64,000 nucleotides of DNA from an uncultured Alphaproteobacteria bacterium (GTDB taxonomy: Bacteria; Pseudomonadota; Alphaproteobacteria; Rhizobiales; Xanthobacteraceae). Every line of letters starts with the position of its first letter. The first letter of the stretch is position 1. This document shows, piece after piece, positions 19,443 to 31,227 of the stretch. Position numbers and translations under genes: made by a program. The DNA lies in contig CAVVCW010000015.1 of NCBI GenBank assembly GCA_963746715.1, positions 852,429 to 916,428 on the forward strand, in the 5' to 3' direction. Below the pieces are notes generated by a model. That model ran no database searches and was not told the origin of the DNA. It was given only the letters and a program-made list of their open reading frames with translations.

Positions 19443-21332
19443 TCAGTGCTCGCTGCTCACGATCTGCCGGTCCGCTAGCGCCTGCAGCACCTCTTCGGTG
19501 AGCTGTTCCGGCGTCCGGCCGAGCGTGTGCAGGTGGATTTCCGGATTTTCCGGGGCCTCATAGGGCGCATCGACACCGGTGAAATTCTTCAGTTGCCCGG
19601 CGCGGGCCTTGGCGTAGAGGCCCTTCGGATCGCGTTCGATGCAGTCCGAGATCGGCGTATCGACGAAGACTTCGATGAATTCGCCGGGGTCGACGAGGCC
19701 GCGCACCATGTCGCGCTCGGCGCGATAGGGCGAGATGAACGAGCACAACACGACAAGCCCGCTCTCGACCATCAGCTTGGCGACCTCGCCGACGCGCCGG
19801 ATATTCTCGACGCGGTCGGCTTCGGTGAAGCCGAGATCGCGATTGAGCCCGTGGCGCACATTGTCGCCGTCCAGAACCATGGTGTGATGGCCGCGGGCAT
19901 GGAGCCGCTGCTCGACGAGGCTCGCGACCGTCGATTTGCCGGCGCCGGACAGCCCGGTGAACCAGAGGATGGCGGGCTTCTGCTTGTTGAGCGCGGCGCG
20001 TTGCGTCTTGCCGACCAGGAGCGGTTGCCAGTGGATATTGGTGCCGCGCCGCAGCCCGAAGGTGATCATGCCGGCGCCGACCGTATGATTGGTGAAGCGG
20101 TCGATGACGATGAACGCGCCGGTGCGGCGATTCTGGTCGTAAGGGTCGAAGGCGACCGGGAAACCCGTCGACAGGTTGCACACCGCGATGTCGTTGAGCT
20201 CGAGCTTCGTCGCGGCGAGATGTTTGCGGGTGTTGACATCGATCTTGTATTTGATCGCGGTGACCGTCATCGGCGTGGTCTTGGTGCCGATGCGGCTCAG
20301 ATAGGAGCGTCCGGGCACCAGCGGCTCGTCGCTCATCCAGATCACGTGCGCGGCGAACTGGTCGGAGACTTCCGGCCGTTCCTTCGGGCTCACCAGCACG
20401 TCGCCGCGCCCGATATCGAGCTCGTCGGCAAGCGTGATGGTGACGGCGTCGCCGGCTTCGGCCGTCGCCACCGGGCCGTCGTATGTGATGATCTGCGCGA
20501 TGTTCGAGGTCCGGCCGGATGTTGCCTCCACCACCGGTTCGCCGACTTTAACCTGGCCCGATGCGACGGTGCCGGCATAGCCGCGAAAATCCTGGTTGGG
20601 CCGGTTGACCCATTGCACCGGGAAACGGAACGGCTTGGCGAGATTGTCGCCGTCGATGTCGATCGATTCCAGATATTGCAGCAGCGCCGGGCCGCGATAC
20701 CACGGCGTATTCGCCGAAGCCGCAGTGACGTTATCGCCGAAGCGGGCCGAGATCGGGATCGGCACCACCGAGGCAAAGCCGAGCTCGGCGGCGAACGCCT
20801 CATAATCGGCGGCGATCTTATCGAATATGTCCTGCTTGAAATCGACCAGATCGATCTTGTTCACCGCGACGACGACATGGCGAATGCCGAGCAGCGCGCA
20901 GATCAGCGAGTGCCGCCGCGTCTGCACCAGCACGCCCTTGCGCGCATCGACCAGGATGACGGCGAGATCGGCGCCCGACGCGCCGGTCGCCATATTGCGG
21001 GTGAATTGCTCGTGGCCGGGCGTGTCGGCGACGATGAACGAACGCTTGGCGGTCGAGAAAAACCGATAGGCGACGTCGATGGTGATGCCTTGCTCGCGCT
21101 CGGCTTCGAGACCGTCGACGAGCAGGGCGAAATCGAGATCCTCGCCGGTCGTACCGTGGCGCGCCGAATCCTTGGCGAGCGTGGTGAGCTGATCTTCGAA
21201 AATCAGTTTCGAATCGTGGAGCAGCCGCCCGATCAAAGTGGACTTGCCGTCATCCACCGAGCCGCAGGTGATGAAGCGAAGCAGATCCTTGGTCTGGCCG
21301 GTTCGCAGCGAGCGCTCGAGACGGAAGTCCAT
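19443..21332 (-). CDS. cysNC: Bifunctional sulfate adenylyltransferase subunit 1 / adenylylsulfate kinase (CysNC, NodQ-like)
   Basis: N-terminal GTPase ([18 protein letters not shown]) and C-terminal APS kinase (GLSGAGKST). 629 aa. Confidence 0.92.
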   Translation of the reverse strand: MDFRLERSLRTGQTKDLLRFITCGSVDDGKSTLIGRLLHDSKLIFEDQLTTLAKDSARHGTTGEDLDFALLVDGLEAEREQGITIDVAYRFFSTAKRSFIVADTPGHEQFTRNMATGASGADLAVILVDARKGVLVQTRRHSLICALLGIRHVVVAVNKIDLVDFKQDIFDKIAADYEAFAAELGFASVVPIPISARFGDNVTAASANTPWYRGPALLQYLESIDIDGDNLAKPFRFPVQWVNRPNQDFRGYAGTVASGQVKVGEPVVEATSGRTSNIAQIITYDGPVATAEAGDAVTITLADELDIGRGDVLVSPKERPEVSDQFAAHVIWMSDEPLVPGRSYLSRIGTKTTPMTVTAIKYKIDVNTRKHLAATKLELNDIAVCNLSTGFPVAFDPYDQNRRTGAFIVIDRFTNHTVGAGMITFGLRRGTNIHWQPLLVGKTQRAALNKQKPAILWFTGLSGAGKSTVASLVEQRLHARGHHTMVLDGDNVRHGLNRDLGFTEADRVENIRRVGEVAKLMVESGLVVLCSFISPYRAERDMVRGLVDPGEFIEVFVDTPISDCIERDPKGLYAKARAGQLKNFTGVDAPYEAPENPEIHLHTLGRTPEQLTEEVLQALADRQIVSSEH

Positions 21333-22270
21333 CAGAAATATCCCTCGCGCTTCTTCTTTTCCATCGACGCCGCCTCGTCGGTGTCGATCAGCCGGCCCTG
21401 GCGTTCGGAGACGCGCGCGGTTTCCATCTCGGCGACGATTTCGGCGAGCGTCGTCGCCCGCGATTCGATGGCGCCGGTCAGCGGATAGCAGCCGAGCGTG
21501 CGGAAACGCACCAGGCGCATTTCCGGCGTCTCGCCGGGCTCGAGCGGCATGCGGTCGTCATCGACCATGATCCAGGTGCCGCTGCGCTTCACGACCGGGC
21601 GCTCTTTGGCGAAATAGAGCGGCACGACCGGAATGTCCTGCAGCATGATGTAGGTCCAGACGTCGAGCTCGGTCCAATTCGACAGCGGAAAGACGCGGAT
21701 CGATTCGCCTGGCCGTACCCGCGTGTTGAACAGATTCCATAGTTCAGGGCGCTGGTTGCGCGGATCCCAGATATGATCCTTGGAGCGGAACGAAAAGATG
21801 CGCTCCTTGGCGCGGCTCTTTTCCTCGTCGCGGCGCGCGCCGCCGAAGGCGGCATCGAAGCCGTATTTGTCGAGCGCCTGTTTCAGCGCTTCGGTCTTCA
21901 TCACATGCGTGTGCACGGAAGAGCCTGAGGCAAAGGGATTGATGCCGCGGGCAACGCCGTCCTGATTGACGTGAACGAGCAGATCGAGATCGAGCCGCCG
22001 CGCCGTCTCGTCGCGGAACGCGATCATCTCGCGGAACTTCCAGGTCGTGTCGACGTGCAGCACCGGGAACGGCAAGGGCGCCGGATAAAACGCCTTGACG
22101 GCAACGTGCAGCATGACGCTCGAATCCTTGCCGATCGAATAGAGCATCACCGGCTTCTTGAACTCGGCGACGACTTCGCGCATCACCTCGATCAACTCCG
22201 CTTCGAGCCGCTTGAGATGTTTTGGTAGAGCCTTGGTCACCGTGCCGCGGACAATCGATGGAATATTCAT
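21332..22270 (-). CDS. cysD: Sulfate adenylyltransferase subunit 2 (CysD, NodP-like)
   Basis: [20 protein letters not shown]-reductase-fold motif. Its stop overlaps the cysNC start by 1 nt (TGATG). ATG 22270 is preferred (AGGA SD) over 22303. Confidence 0.9.
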   Translation of the reverse strand: MNIPSIVRGTVTKALPKHLKRLEAELIEVMREVVAEFKKPVMLYSIGKDSSVMLHVAVKAFYPAPLPFPVLHVDTTWKFREMIAFRDETARRLDLDLLVHVNQDGVARGINPFASGSSVHTHVMKTEALKQALDKYGFDAAFGGARRDEEKSRAKERIFSFRSKDHIWDPRNQRPELWNLFNTRVRPGESIRVFPLSNWTELDVWTYIMLQDIPVVPLYFAKERPVVKRSGTWIMVDDDRMPLEPGETPEMRLVRFRTLGCYPLTGAIESRATTLAEIVAEMETARVSERQGRLIDTDEAASMEKKKREGYF

Positions 22271-22565
22271 ACCTATCCTAGTTGCCACGGACACAAATGG
22301 CATATTCAGACATTGCTTGCGCGCCTTGAGTTAAGACCTTAGTTGGGTTCGGGCCTTGCCGCCGGCGTGTGGCTTTAAGAATTGGCGTCCGGGGCTGGAA
22401 GATAAACATGACGCGGAAGTCCAGCAACACGGCGAGATTTATTCGCTAACCGCCATCCCTGACGGCCGAAAATGCATTGCGGGGGAGGCCGATTGGGCCA
22501 ATTCGTTCTCCTTGGAGCTTCCAGGGCCGCGCTCTGAACGCGGCATCGCTGCTGCCGCTTGCGGC

Positions 22566-24053
22566 CTAGCTTTCGGCGGACTGTTTTGCCGGGCCTGCGC
22601 GTTTCACGATCGCGGTCGTGCTGTGGCCGGGAACAAGGCCGACCAGAACAATGTCGCCGCCCGCCTGCTCGACAAACTCACGTCCGACGACCTCCTCGCG
22701 CTTGTAATCGGCGCCTTTGACGAGGACGGAAGGCCGCACGCGTTCGATAAGCTTGAGCGGCGTATCTTCTTCGAACACAACGACGAGATCGACGGCTTCG
22801 AGCGCGGCCAGCACTTCGGCGCGGCCCTCCGCCGGATTTATCGGCCGGCCCGCGCCCTTGAGCCGCGTCGTCGATGCGTCGCTATTGAGTCCGACCACCA
22901 GCCGGTCGCAGGCTGCGCGCGCCTCCGCCAGGAGCTTGGTATGGCCGCGATGCAAAATGTCGAAGCAGCCGTTGGTGAAACCGATCCGCAGCCCGGCGCG
23001 GCGCCACATCGCCAGCCGGTCGTCGAGCACCGACCAGTCGAAGATCACCTTGTCTTCGGAGGCAAGCGAAGCCGACGGCAGAATGCGATGGCGCAACTCG
23101 GCGACGGAAACCGCGGCGGTGCCGCGCTTGCCGACGACCACGGCGGCCGCGGCATTGGCGGCGCGCATCGCGGAATCGAACGGCGCCTTCATGGCCAGCA
23201 AGATCGACATCACGGCGGCGACCGTATCGCCGGCGCCCGAAACATCACGCACCTTCACCGGATAAGCCGGAATATGGACCGGCGGCTGCCCTTCCACGTG
23301 AAGGGTCATGCCCTCTTCGCTGCGCGTGACAAGCACGGCGTCGCATTCGGCCAGCCGCGCCAACTCGGCTGCGGCCGCGGCAAGTTCTGCTTCGGTGACG
23401 ACAGGCCGGTGGACCGCCGCCCCCAGTTCCTGACGATTGGGTGTGATCAAGGTTGCGCCGCGATAGACGCTGTAATCGTGGCCCTTCGGATCGACGATGA
23501 TCGGCTTCCCAAGCTGCCGCGCGCGATCGATGATGGCGCGCACGACTGCGGGCGTGAGCACGCCCTTGGCGTAATCGGAAAGCACCACGGCGCCGGCGCG
23601 TTCCATGGCCGCATGCGCTTGCGCAATGATCGCCTGCTCGGTCTGCTCACTCGCCGGCTTTGCCGTCTCCCAATCGGCCCGCATCAAATGTGTGGAATGA
23701 TGCTCGGAGACAAAGCGAACCTTTCGCGTCGTGCAGCGGCCCGAATCCGCGACGAGCTGCGGCACAATCGAATCTTTGAATTTGGCGAAGGCCTCGGTCA
23801 GCGTTCGCCCGGCCTCGTCCTTGCCGATGAGGCCGACAAAAATGCAGCGCGCGCCGAGCGCCGCGATATTGCGCGCCACATTGCCCGCGCCGCCGATTTC
23901 GATTTCGCTGCGTCCGACTGCGAGCACCGGCGTCGGCGCCTCGGGTGAAATGCGCGTGACCTCGCCGTAGACGAAATCGTCAAGCATGAGATCGCCGACG
24001 CACAGGACGGTCTGCTGCGATATGTGCTTAAGCGCTTCTTCGAAATCGAACAT
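22566..24053 (-). CDS. hldE: Bifunctional D-beta-D-heptose 7-phosphate kinase / D-beta-D-heptose 1-phosphate adenylyltransferase
   Basis: N-terminal ribokinase-like domain (GAGNVARN ... DVSGAGDT) and C-terminal cytidylyltransferase domain ([12 protein letters not shown]). Start at MFDFEEAL (ATG 24053). Confidence 0.9.
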   Translation of the reverse strand: MFDFEEALKHISQQTVLCVGDLMLDDFVYGEVTRISPEAPTPVLAVGRSEIEIGGAGNVARNIAALGARCIFVGLIGKDEAGRTLTEAFAKFKDSIVPQLVADSGRCTTRKVRFVSEHHSTHLMRADWETAKPASEQTEQAIIAQAHAAMERAGAVVLSDYAKGVLTPAVVRAIIDRARQLGKPIIVDPKGHDYSVYRGATLITPNRQELGAAVHRPVVTEAELAAAAAELARLAECDAVLVTRSEEGMTLHVEGQPPVHIPAYPVKVRDVSGAGDTVAAVMSILLAMKAPFDSAMRAANAAAAVVVGKRGTAAVSVAELRHRILPSASLASEDKVIFDWSVLDDRLAMWRRAGLRIGFTNGCFDILHRGHTKLLAEARAACDRLVVGLNSDASTTRLKGAGRPINPAEGRAEVLAALEAVDLVVVFEEDTPLKLIERVRPSVLVKGADYKREEVVGREFVEQAGGDIVLVGLVPGHSTTAIVKRAGPAKQSAES

Positions 24054-24072
24054 CGGCGGTATCGGAGACCCT

Positions 24073-25053
24073 CTAGCGATAGCGGTCGGCGCCATCGAGA
24101 TAAGACGTCACGTAACGCCGCACGGCGGTGGTGAGCGGCGTGAAGTCCGCATTATAGCCGGCGCGCCGGAGATTATCCGTCTCGGCCTGCGTAAAATATT
24201 GGTAGCTGTCCCTGATCGCGGCCGGCATGTCGACGTATTCGATCGCGGACTTTTGGCCGAGCGCCTCGAACATGGCGACCATCAGATCGCGAAAGCTGTG
24301 CGCGATGCCGGTGCCGACATTGAAGATGCCGGATACCGACGGCGTCTGCACCAGCCAGCGGATCACCGCCGTCGTATCCTCGACGTAAATGAAGTCGCGC
24401 CGCTGTTCGCCGTCGGCAATACCGTCGCGATGCGACTTGAAGAGCTGCACCGTCTTGCCGGCTTTGGCGTCGGCGAAGCGTTTGGCGACGAGACTCATCA
24501 TCTCGCCCTTGTGATACTCGTTGGGGCCGTAGACGTTAAAGAACTTCAAGCCGGCCCATTGCGGCGGCAGCTTCTCCCGGCGGCGAACGCGATCGGTGAT
24601 CGCGAGGTCGAACAATTGCTTGCTCCAGCCGTAGAGGTTCATCGGCTTCAGTTTTTTCAGCGCATCGAGCGACCAGTCGTCGCTATAGCCTTGCTCGCCG
24701 TCGCCATAGGTCGCCGCCGACGACGCGTAGATGAAAGGCGTCCGGCTCGATGTGCACCAATCAAGCAGGCGCAGCGAAAGCCTGAAATTGTTTTCAATGA
24801 CCGCGTCGCCGTCGGTCGCCGTCGTCGATGAAATGGCGCCGAGATGGACCACGGCGTCGAGCTTGCGGCCTTCAAGCCAGGCGGCGAGATCCTGCGGTGG
24901 AACGAAATCGACCAGTCGCCGGCCGGCGAGATTGCGCCATTTGCCGTCGTGGCCGAGCATGTCGTTAACGACGATGTCGGATCGGCCAGCCTCGTTGAGG
25001 TCCGCAACCAGGTTCGAGCCGATGAATCCGGCGCCGCCGGTAACCAACAACAT
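24073..25053 (-). CDS. hldD: ADP-glyceromanno-heptose 6-epimerase
   Basis: [16 protein letters not shown] ... YGWSK ... . SDR-fold epimerase lying directly upstream of hldE. Confidence 0.88.
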   Translation of the reverse strand: MLLVTGGAGFIGSNLVADLNEAGRSDIVVNDMLGHDGKWRNLAGRRLVDFVPPQDLAAWLEGRKLDAVVHLGAISSTTATDGDAVIENNFRLSLRLLDWCTSSRTPFIYASSAATYGDGEQGYSDDWSLDALKKLKPMNLYGWSKQLFDLAITDRVRRREKLPPQWAGLKFFNVYGPNEYHKGEMMSLVAKRFADAKAGKTVQLFKSHRDGIADGEQRRDFIYVEDTTAVIRWLVQTPSVSGIFNVGTGIAHSFRDLMVAMFEALGQKSAIEYVDMPAAIRDSYQYFTQAETDNLRRAGYNADFTPLTTAVRRYVTSYLDGADRYR

Positions 25054-25161
25054 CGATGCTGAAAACAGGTTAGGGTTGACTATGGCCCAGGCGGCCGCGC
25101 AAGCCGCTCATTTGCCCGAATTTCGCGGCTTCGGCAACCAGCGGCCGGATCGGAGCGATTC

Positions 25162-26034
25162 TTAGCCGAGCCAGCCGACATAGACGCCGATCAGGATCAC
25201 GACGCCGAGCAGGAAGCGATAGATCACGAACGGCCAGCTCGAGAAGTTTTCGAGAATGCGCATCAAGCCCCAGATCGCGAAGAAGGCCGAGATCGAGGCG
25301 ACGACAATGCCGACGAACAGCACACTCCAGCCGTAAGCGCCGAGATGGACCTTGTGCAGCTCGTAGAGCTCCTTGAGTCCGGCGAGCGCGACCGCCGGCA
25401 GGCCGAGCAGAAACGACAGCCGCGCCGCTTCGGCGCGCTCGAAGCCGAGCATCAGGCCCGCGGTCAAGGTCGAGCCCGAGCGCGACACGCCGGGGATGAG
25501 CGCGCCGACCTGCGCCAAGCCGATCAATAGCGCGTCGAGCAAAGTCGCGTCCTTGAGGGTGCGGCGGTGCCGCGCCCAGATCTCGGCGGCGGCCAACAGC
25601 AGCGCCATGACAAGACAGGCCCAGCCGATGACGCTGACGTCGCGCAGCGGCGAGCCGCATTTGTTGAGGACTTTCGACAGCGCGAGCCCGGCAATGCCGA
25701 TCGGGATCGTGGCGATGACGACCCACATCACAAATTGAAATGACTTGTCGCGGAAGCGGCCGTGCAGCGCCGCCGAGAATGAGTCAGTGGCCAGCCAGCG
25801 CAGATCGGCCCAGAAATAGCTGATCACCGCCGCTAGGGCCGCCATCTGCATCGCCGCCGAGAAGGCCGAGCCCGGATCCTGCCAGCCGAGCATCGCCGGC
25901 ACCAGGCGCATATGCGCGGTCGAGGAGATCGGCATCAATTCCGAAATCCCCTGCACCACGCCGAGCATCGCCACCTTGAAATAACCGAGCGCCACGAAAC
26001 CGGTATCGACGCCTTCGGTGCAAGCATCAGCCAT
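25162..26034 (-). CDS. uppP: Undecaprenyl-diphosphate phosphatase
   Basis: GISELMPISSTAHM and PGVSRSGSTL are BacA/UppP motifs. Polytopic membrane protein. Confidence 0.9.
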   Translation of the reverse strand: MADACTEGVDTGFVALGYFKVAMLGVVQGISELMPISSTAHMRLVPAMLGWQDPGSAFSAAMQMAALAAVISYFWADLRWLATDSFSAALHGRFRDKSFQFVMWVVIATIPIGIAGLALSKVLNKCGSPLRDVSVIGWACLVMALLLAAAEIWARHRRTLKDATLLDALLIGLAQVGALIPGVSRSGSTLTAGLMLGFERAEAARLSFLLGLPAVALAGLKELYELHKVHLGAYGWSVLFVGIVVASISAFFAIWGLMRILENFSSWPFVIYRFLLGVVILIGVYVGWLG

Positions 26035-26149
26035 GGTTAGATCGCCTCTTGTCCAAGGAGCCTGTGCCGATTGGGCTTAGCCAGGACGAGCGGGTCGTCC
26101 CAGCGAACTATTTATCGAACTGTGGGTTTACGCCGGTACGGTACCTGAC

Positions 26150-26234
<85 letters not shown>

Positions 26235-26342
26235 AGTGTCGGGCTTTCAGAATCCGGGATAGGTACGGAGCGGTCATCGCCTTGTCAATCGAACGCATCA
26301 AGGCCCTATACACGGCGAAACCGATCAGGTATTTCGCGAAGA

Positions 26343-27314
26343 ATGACCACCAAGAGCAGGATCGAAACGCTCGTCACCGTGTTCGGCGGCTCGGGTTTTC
26401 TGGGCCGCCATGTGGTGCGGGCGCTCGCCAACCGCGGCTACCGCATCCGTGTCGCGGTGCGCCGGCCGGGGCTTGCCGGCTATCTGCAGCCGATGGGCCG
26501 GGTCGGCCAGATTCACGCCGTGCAGGCCAATCTGCGCTATCCCGATTCGGTCACCGCCGCTCTTCGCGATGCCGATGTCGCGGTCAATCTCGTCGGCCTC
26601 ATGCTCCAAAGCGGCCGGCAGCGTTTCGACGCGCTGATGGCGGAGGGCGCCGAAACGGTCGCCAAAGCGGCCAGCGCCATCGGCGCGCCGCTGGTTCACG
26701 TCTCGTCGCTCTCTGCCGATCCGAATTCGACGTCGCATTACGCCCGCGCCAAGGCCGAAGGCGAGGAGCGCGTTCGCGCCGCGCAGAGCGCGGCCATCAT
26801 CGTGCGGCCGTCGGTGATTTTTGGGCCCGAGGACGATTTCTTCAACCGCTTCGGCGCGATGTCGCGGCTCTCGCCTGTGCTGCCGCTGGTCGGCGGCGGT
26901 CATACCCGCATGCAGCCGGTCTTTGCCGGTGATGTCGCCGCAGGCGTCGCCAAGGCCGTCGATGGCGATTTGAAACCGGGCACGACCTATGAGTTCGGCG
27001 GACCGGATGTGCACACATTCAGGGAATTGATGGAATTCGTGCTCGCGACTGTCGGGCGCCGCCGCCTGCTGCTGCCGATTCCGTTCGGCGTGATGAAGGT
27101 CCAGGCCGCCGTGCTGCAGGTTTTGCCGAACCCGCCGATCACGCCCGACCAGGTCGAGCTGTTGCGGCATGACAATGTCGTGTCGGATGACGCCAAGCGC
27201 GCCGGCCGCACGCTGGAAGGACTGGGCATCATTCCGGAATCCATCGAGGCCGTGGTGCCGTCGTACCTGTGGCGATTCCGCAAGACCGGCCAGTTCCAGG
27301 CGCACCCGGTCTAG
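26343..27314 (+). CDS. Complex I NDUFA9-like NAD(P)-binding protein (atypical SDR)
   Basis: VFGGSGFLGRHVVRAL Rossmann motif. Overall similarity to the alphaproteobacterial NDUFA9/39-kDa subunit family. Confidence 0.75.
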   Translation: MTTKSRIETLVTVFGGSGFLGRHVVRALANRGYRIRVAVRRPGLAGYLQPMGRVGQIHAVQANLRYPDSVTAALRDADVAVNLVGLMLQSGRQRFDALMAEGAETVAKAASAIGAPLVHVSSLSADPNSTSHYARAKAEGEERVRAAQSAAIIVRPSVIFGPEDDFFNRFGAMSRLSPVLPLVGGGHTRMQPVFAGDVAAGVAKAVDGDLKPGTTYEFGGPDVHTFRELMEFVLATVGRRRLLLPIPFGVMKVQAAVLQVLPNPPITPDQVELLRHDNVVSDDAKRAGRTLEGLGIIPESIEAVVPSYLWRFRKTGQFQAHPV

Positions 27315-27479
27315 GCCGGCTCTTCCTCTCCTTGATCGCCGAGCCGGCGGCGCCACGCGCCGGGCGAAATCGCTGCCAAATTCTTAAGGGATTTTGCTCA
27401 GGCTCCGCTCCCTGGGGGAACCTGACCGCATTTCTCCACTTTTGACGCCTGGTCGGGTTTCGGGCAAGGCTCGCGGCAT

Positions 27480-28172
27480 ATGTCGACGCTGTTTCATCAT
27501 CCGATTTGCCCGCATTCGCGGTTCGTGCGGCTGATACTCGAAGAATATAACCAGCCGCCGCGCCTCATTGAGGAGCGCGTCTGGGAACGGCGCGCGGAGT
27601 TTCTCGAGCTCAATCCGGCGGGAACCACGCCGGTCCTGGTGGAAGAGGGCGCGCCGCCGGTTCCGGGCGCAGCCGTCATCGCCGAATATATCGACGAAGT
27701 CGTCGGCACCACCTTCGGCAAGGGCCGCCTGATGCCGCTCGACGCCAATCCGCGCATCGAGGTGCGGCGGCTGACGAGCTGGTTCAACGAGAAATTCTTC
27801 GCCGAAGTGAGTGGCCCGCTGGTGACGGAACGCGTCTATAAGCGCTACATCCCGTTCGACAATGGCGGCGGCTCGCCCGACACCGAGACGTTGCGTGCCG
27901 CCAAGGCCAACATCAAGTATCATCTTGCCTATATCGGCTGGCTCGTCCGCGCGCGCGACTGGCTGGCTGGCGACGACTTGAGCTATGCCGATCTGGCGGC
28001 GGCCGCGCATCTGTCGGCCGTGGATTATCTGGGCGATGTGCCGTGGGACGCAGACGAGACAGCGAAGAACTGGTACGCGCGGATCAAATCGCGCCCGTCG
28101 TTCCGCGCGCTGTTGGTCGAGAAACTGTCCGGCCTGATGCCGTCGCCGACCTACGCCAATCTCGATTTCTGA
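27480..28172 (+). CDS. Glutathione S-transferase family protein
   Basis: Thioredoxin-like N-terminal domain ([13 protein letters not shown] ... [10 protein letters not shown]) followed by a helical C-terminal domain. Confidence 0.75.
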   Translation: MSTLFHHPICPHSRFVRLILEEYNQPPRLIEERVWERRAEFLELNPAGTTPVLVEEGAPPVPGAAVIAEYIDEVVGTTFGKGRLMPLDANPRIEVRRLTSWFNEKFFAEVSGPLVTERVYKRYIPFDNGGGSPDTETLRAAKANIKYHLAYIGWLVRARDWLAGDDLSYADLAAAAHLSAVDYLGDVPWDADETAKNWYARIKSRPSFRALLVEKLSGLMPSPTYANLDF

Positions 28173-28180
28173 CCCCGGAC

Positions 28181-29293
28181 GTGCTGAAGGCTGAACTGAT
28201 CGAAGCCGCGCGCGCACTCGGCTTCGACGCAATGGGTATTGCGCGGCCGGATTCGATCCCGGAGGCGGCGGCGCGATTGCGCGCGTTTCTTGAAACCGGC
28301 GCGCATGGCGACATGACCTGGCTTGCCAGCAATGCCGACCGGCGCGGAAGCCCGCACGCGCTGTGGGCGGATGTGCGCTCGGTTGTCATGCTTGGCGTCA
28401 ATTACGGACCGCAACAAGGGCCCGACGCCGATCCGCTTGCAATTCTCAAACAGCGCACGCGCGGCGGCATTTCCGTGTATGCGCGCGGCGACGATTATCA
28501 CGATGTGATCAAGCCGAGGCTGAAGAGCCTTGGCCGCTGGCTGATCGACAAGGCCGACGGTGATATCAAAGTGTTTGTCGATACGGCCGCGGTGATGGAG
28601 AAGCCGCTTGCTGCGGCCTCGGGTCTCGGCTGGCAGGGCAAGCACACCAATCTCGTGTCGCGGCAATTTGGCTCCTGGCTGTTCCTTGGCGCGATCTTCA
28701 CCACGCTCGATCTGCCGCCCGACGCGGCGGAACAAGATCATTGCGGCAATTGCCGCGCCTGCCTCGATATCTGTCCGACGGCGGCTTTCCCCGCGCCCTA
28801 TCGTTTGGATGCACGGCGCTGCATTTCCTATCTCACCATCGAGCACAAAGGCGCCATTCCGCGCGAGCTGCGCGCTGCGATCGGCAATCGCATTTATGGC
28901 TGCGACGATTGTCTCGCGGTCTGTCCGTGGAACAAATTCGCCGTCGCCGGGCACGAAACCAAGCTTGCCGCGCGCGAGGAATTGCTTGCACCGCACCTCG
29001 CCGATCTCGCACGCCTCGACGACGCGGCGTTTCGCGCACTGTTTCGCAAGAGTCCGGTCAAGCGCATCGGCCGCGACCGCTTCATCCGCAATGTGCTGAT
29101 CGCGATCGGCAATTCGGCCGACGCAAATCTCGCTGCCGAAGCCGAACGCCTGCTCGACGACCCGTCGCCGCTGGTCCGCGGCGCCGCGGTCTGGGCGCTG
29201 GGCCGGCTCGACCGCGCACGCCTCAAGCGCGCCGCGCCAACCCGTCGCGGTGAGACCGATCCCGAAGTCGCCGCGGAGTGGGCGGCAGCATGA
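28181..29293 (+). CDS. queG: tRNA epoxyqueuosine(34) reductase QueG
   Basis: Two 4Fe-4S motifs ([23 protein letters not shown]) and C-terminal HEAT-like repeats. In-frame GTG at 28181 lies just after the GST stop. Confidence 0.85.
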   Translation: MLKAELIEAARALGFDAMGIARPDSIPEAAARLRAFLETGAHGDMTWLASNADRRGSPHALWADVRSVVMLGVNYGPQQGPDADPLAILKQRTRGGISVYARGDDYHDVIKPRLKSLGRWLIDKADGDIKVFVDTAAVMEKPLAAASGLGWQGKHTNLVSRQFGSWLFLGAIFTTLDLPPDAAEQDHCGNCRACLDICPTAAFPAPYRLDARRCISYLTIEHKGAIPRELRAAIGNRIYGCDDCLAVCPWNKFAVAGHETKLAAREELLAPHLADLARLDDAAFRALFRKSPVKRIGRDRFIRNVLIAIGNSADANLAAEAERLLDDPSPLVRGAAVWALGRLDRARLKRAAPTRRGETDPEVAAEWAAA

Positions 29294-29303
29294 GCGCTGA
29301 ATA

Positions 29304-30185
29304 ATGGCCACGCTCATTTGCTTCGGTTTCGGCTATAGCGCCGAACATTTCGTCGCGGCCTACGGGGAAAAATTCGATCGCATCGTCGGCACAGTGCGCG
29401 GCAGCGAGCGCGCCGCAATCTTGAACGCCTACAATGCTCCGCGCGTGCAAGCTTTGGCCTTCGACGGCACGCAGGCGTCGCCCGAGCTCAACCGCGCCAT
29501 CGCCGAAGCCAGCGACGTGCTGGTCTCCGCTCCACCCGGAGAGAATGGCGATCCGGTTTTGGCGGTATTCGGCGAAGCCTTGTCGCACGCCAAGCACGTG
29601 CGCGAGATCGTTTATCTCTCGACCATCGGCGTCTATGGCGACCGCGGCGGCCAATGGGTCGACGAGGCGACGGAGCCGCATCCTGATCTGGGGCGCAGTG
29701 GCGCGCGGCTCGCGGCCGAGCGCCACTGGCAGTCGCTCGGCAAGCGAAATGGCGCCGGCGTCGCCGTGCTGCGTCTCGCCGGCATTTACGGGCCCGGTCA
29801 GAACGCGCTGGAACAGGTCGCGCATGGCAAAGCGCGCCGCATCGTCAAGCCCGGACAGATTTTCAACCGCATCCATGTCGCCGACATCGCGCAGGCGATC
29901 GACGCCGCCTTTACGCGGGGTGCTTCGGGGATATTCAATGTTGCCGACGACGCGCCATCGCCGCCCGGCGATCCGATCGTCTTTGCCGCGCAATTGCTGG
30001 GCATCGCGCCGCCGCCGGAAATTCAGTTTGCGCAAGCGGCCCAGACGATGTCGCCGATGGCATTGAGCTTCTGGCAGGAATGCCGCCGCGTGCACAATGA
30101 CAAGCTCAAGAACGAGCTCGGCGTCGCGCTGCGCTATCCGACGTATCGCGAAGGTCTGAAAGCGTTGTTTGACGAGAGGCAATAA
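29304..30185 (+). CDS. NAD-dependent epimerase/dehydratase (SDR) family protein
   Basis: SDR-fold protein of 293 aa with an atypical N-terminal nucleotide-binding motif (ICFGFGYSA). Specificity unknown. Confidence 0.6.
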   Translation: MATLICFGFGYSAEHFVAAYGEKFDRIVGTVRGSERAAILNAYNAPRVQALAFDGTQASPELNRAIAEASDVLVSAPPGENGDPVLAVFGEALSHAKHVREIVYLSTIGVYGDRGGQWVDEATEPHPDLGRSGARLAAERHWQSLGKRNGAGVAVLRLAGIYGPGQNALEQVAHGKARRIVKPGQIFNRIHVADIAQAIDAAFTRGASGIFNVADDAPSPPGDPIVFAAQLLGIAPPPEIQFAQAAQTMSPMALSFWQECRRVHNDKLKNELGVALRYPTYREGLKALFDERQ

Positions 30186-30188
30186 TCG

Positions 30189-31166
30189 TCAGTGCAAGCT
30201 CGGGCCTTTGAGGAACCGGTTGCGCTCGCTCGATTTGACGCGCATCTCCATGGTTTCGCCGTCGCGATAGATCGTGATCGGCACGTCGACACCGGCTTGG
30301 CCTTGCGCCCAGATGCGGCGGAAGAAACCGGCGAGATCGTTGACGTCCTTGCCGCCGACCGAGAGCACGATGTCGCCGGTGCGGATATCGGCCTTCTTGG
30401 CCGGACCGCGGTCGGCCAGCCCGACGATGACCAGGCGGTTTTCCACTTCGGTGGCGTAGAGGCCGAGCCACGGCCGCGGCGGCATGTTGCGGCGGCCGAA
30501 TTTGAGCAGATCGTCGACGATCGGCTTCAACAGATCGATCGGCACGATCATGTTGATGTTCTCGGCTTTGCCCTTCTCGGCCGCCTGCTGCAATTGCAGC
30601 GAGCCGATGCCGATGAGATCGCCGGCCGGCCCGATCAGCGCGGTGCCGCCCCAGTTCGGATGCGATGGCGAGGTGAAGATCGCTTCGTCGAGCACATATT
30701 CCCAGTAGCCGGCGAATTCCTGCTTGGCCACGATATTGGCAGCGACGGAGCGTTGCCGTCCGCCGGCGCCGCCGAGCACGACGGGTTCGCCGACCGCGGC
30801 GGATGCGGACTCGCCGATTTCAAGCGCCGGCACTTCGAGCTTGGCCAGCGCCTGAACCAGGCCGAAGCCGGTCTCCTGGTCGTAGCCGAGCACATGGCCC
30901 GGCACCGAGCGGCCGTCATTGAGCGTGATCCAGATCGTGTCCGCTTCGGTAATCAGGTAGCCGACGGTGAGAACAAGTCCGTTGCCGCGGATGAACACGC
31001 CGTTGCCGGCGCGCTCGGTGCCGAGTGTCTCGGCAGTGAAGGCGTCCTGCGGCACGATAGCGCGCAACGCCACTACTGACGACAGTGCATGATCGAGATC
31101 GTAAGTGTAGTCCTCAGACTTCGGCTGTGAAGACGTCGGCACCTTCCAGTCGCTCACCGATGGCAT
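30189..31166 (-). CDS. Trypsin-like (S1C) serine protease with C-terminal PDZ domain, no obvious signal peptide
   Basis: GNGVFI ... LTVGYLI (His region), NWGGTALIGPAGDLIGI (Ser region) and a PDZ-like tail (GLYATEVENRLVIVGL ... GDIVLSVGGKDV). Confidence 0.75.
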   Translation of the reverse strand: MPSVSDWKVPTSSQPKSEDYTYDLDHALSSVVALRAIVPQDAFTAETLGTERAGNGVFIRGNGLVLTVGYLITEADTIWITLNDGRSVPGHVLGYDQETGFGLVQALAKLEVPALEIGESASAAVGEPVVLGGAGGRQRSVAANIVAKQEFAGYWEYVLDEAIFTSPSHPNWGGTALIGPAGDLIGIGSLQLQQAAEKGKAENINMIVPIDLLKPIVDDLLKFGRRNMPPRPWLGLYATEVENRLVIVGLADRGPAKKADIRTGDIVLSVGGKDVNDLAGFFRRIWAQGQAGVDVPITIYRDGETMEMRVKSSERNRFLKGPSLH

Positions 31167-31227
31167 CGGATATTCCTTCGCATTAGCCTTCTATCTGTGA
31201 CTTAGCAGGCACCCGATCAAGCCCATT

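Noticed and set aside
19527-21488. Very long antisense ORFs in the track. Examples: 19527-21488 (+), 5075-6499 (-), 22356-23948 (+), 44833-46950 (+), 62806-63927 (-), 28151-29317 (-), 12596-13693 (-).
   Set aside because: Each lies opposite a gene with an unmistakable family signature (cysNC, ArnT-like, hldE, uvrB, aminotransferase, queG, hddA). Their translations are Arg/Ala/Gly/Asp-rich low-complexity strings, which is typical of stop-poor antisense frames in high-GC DNA.
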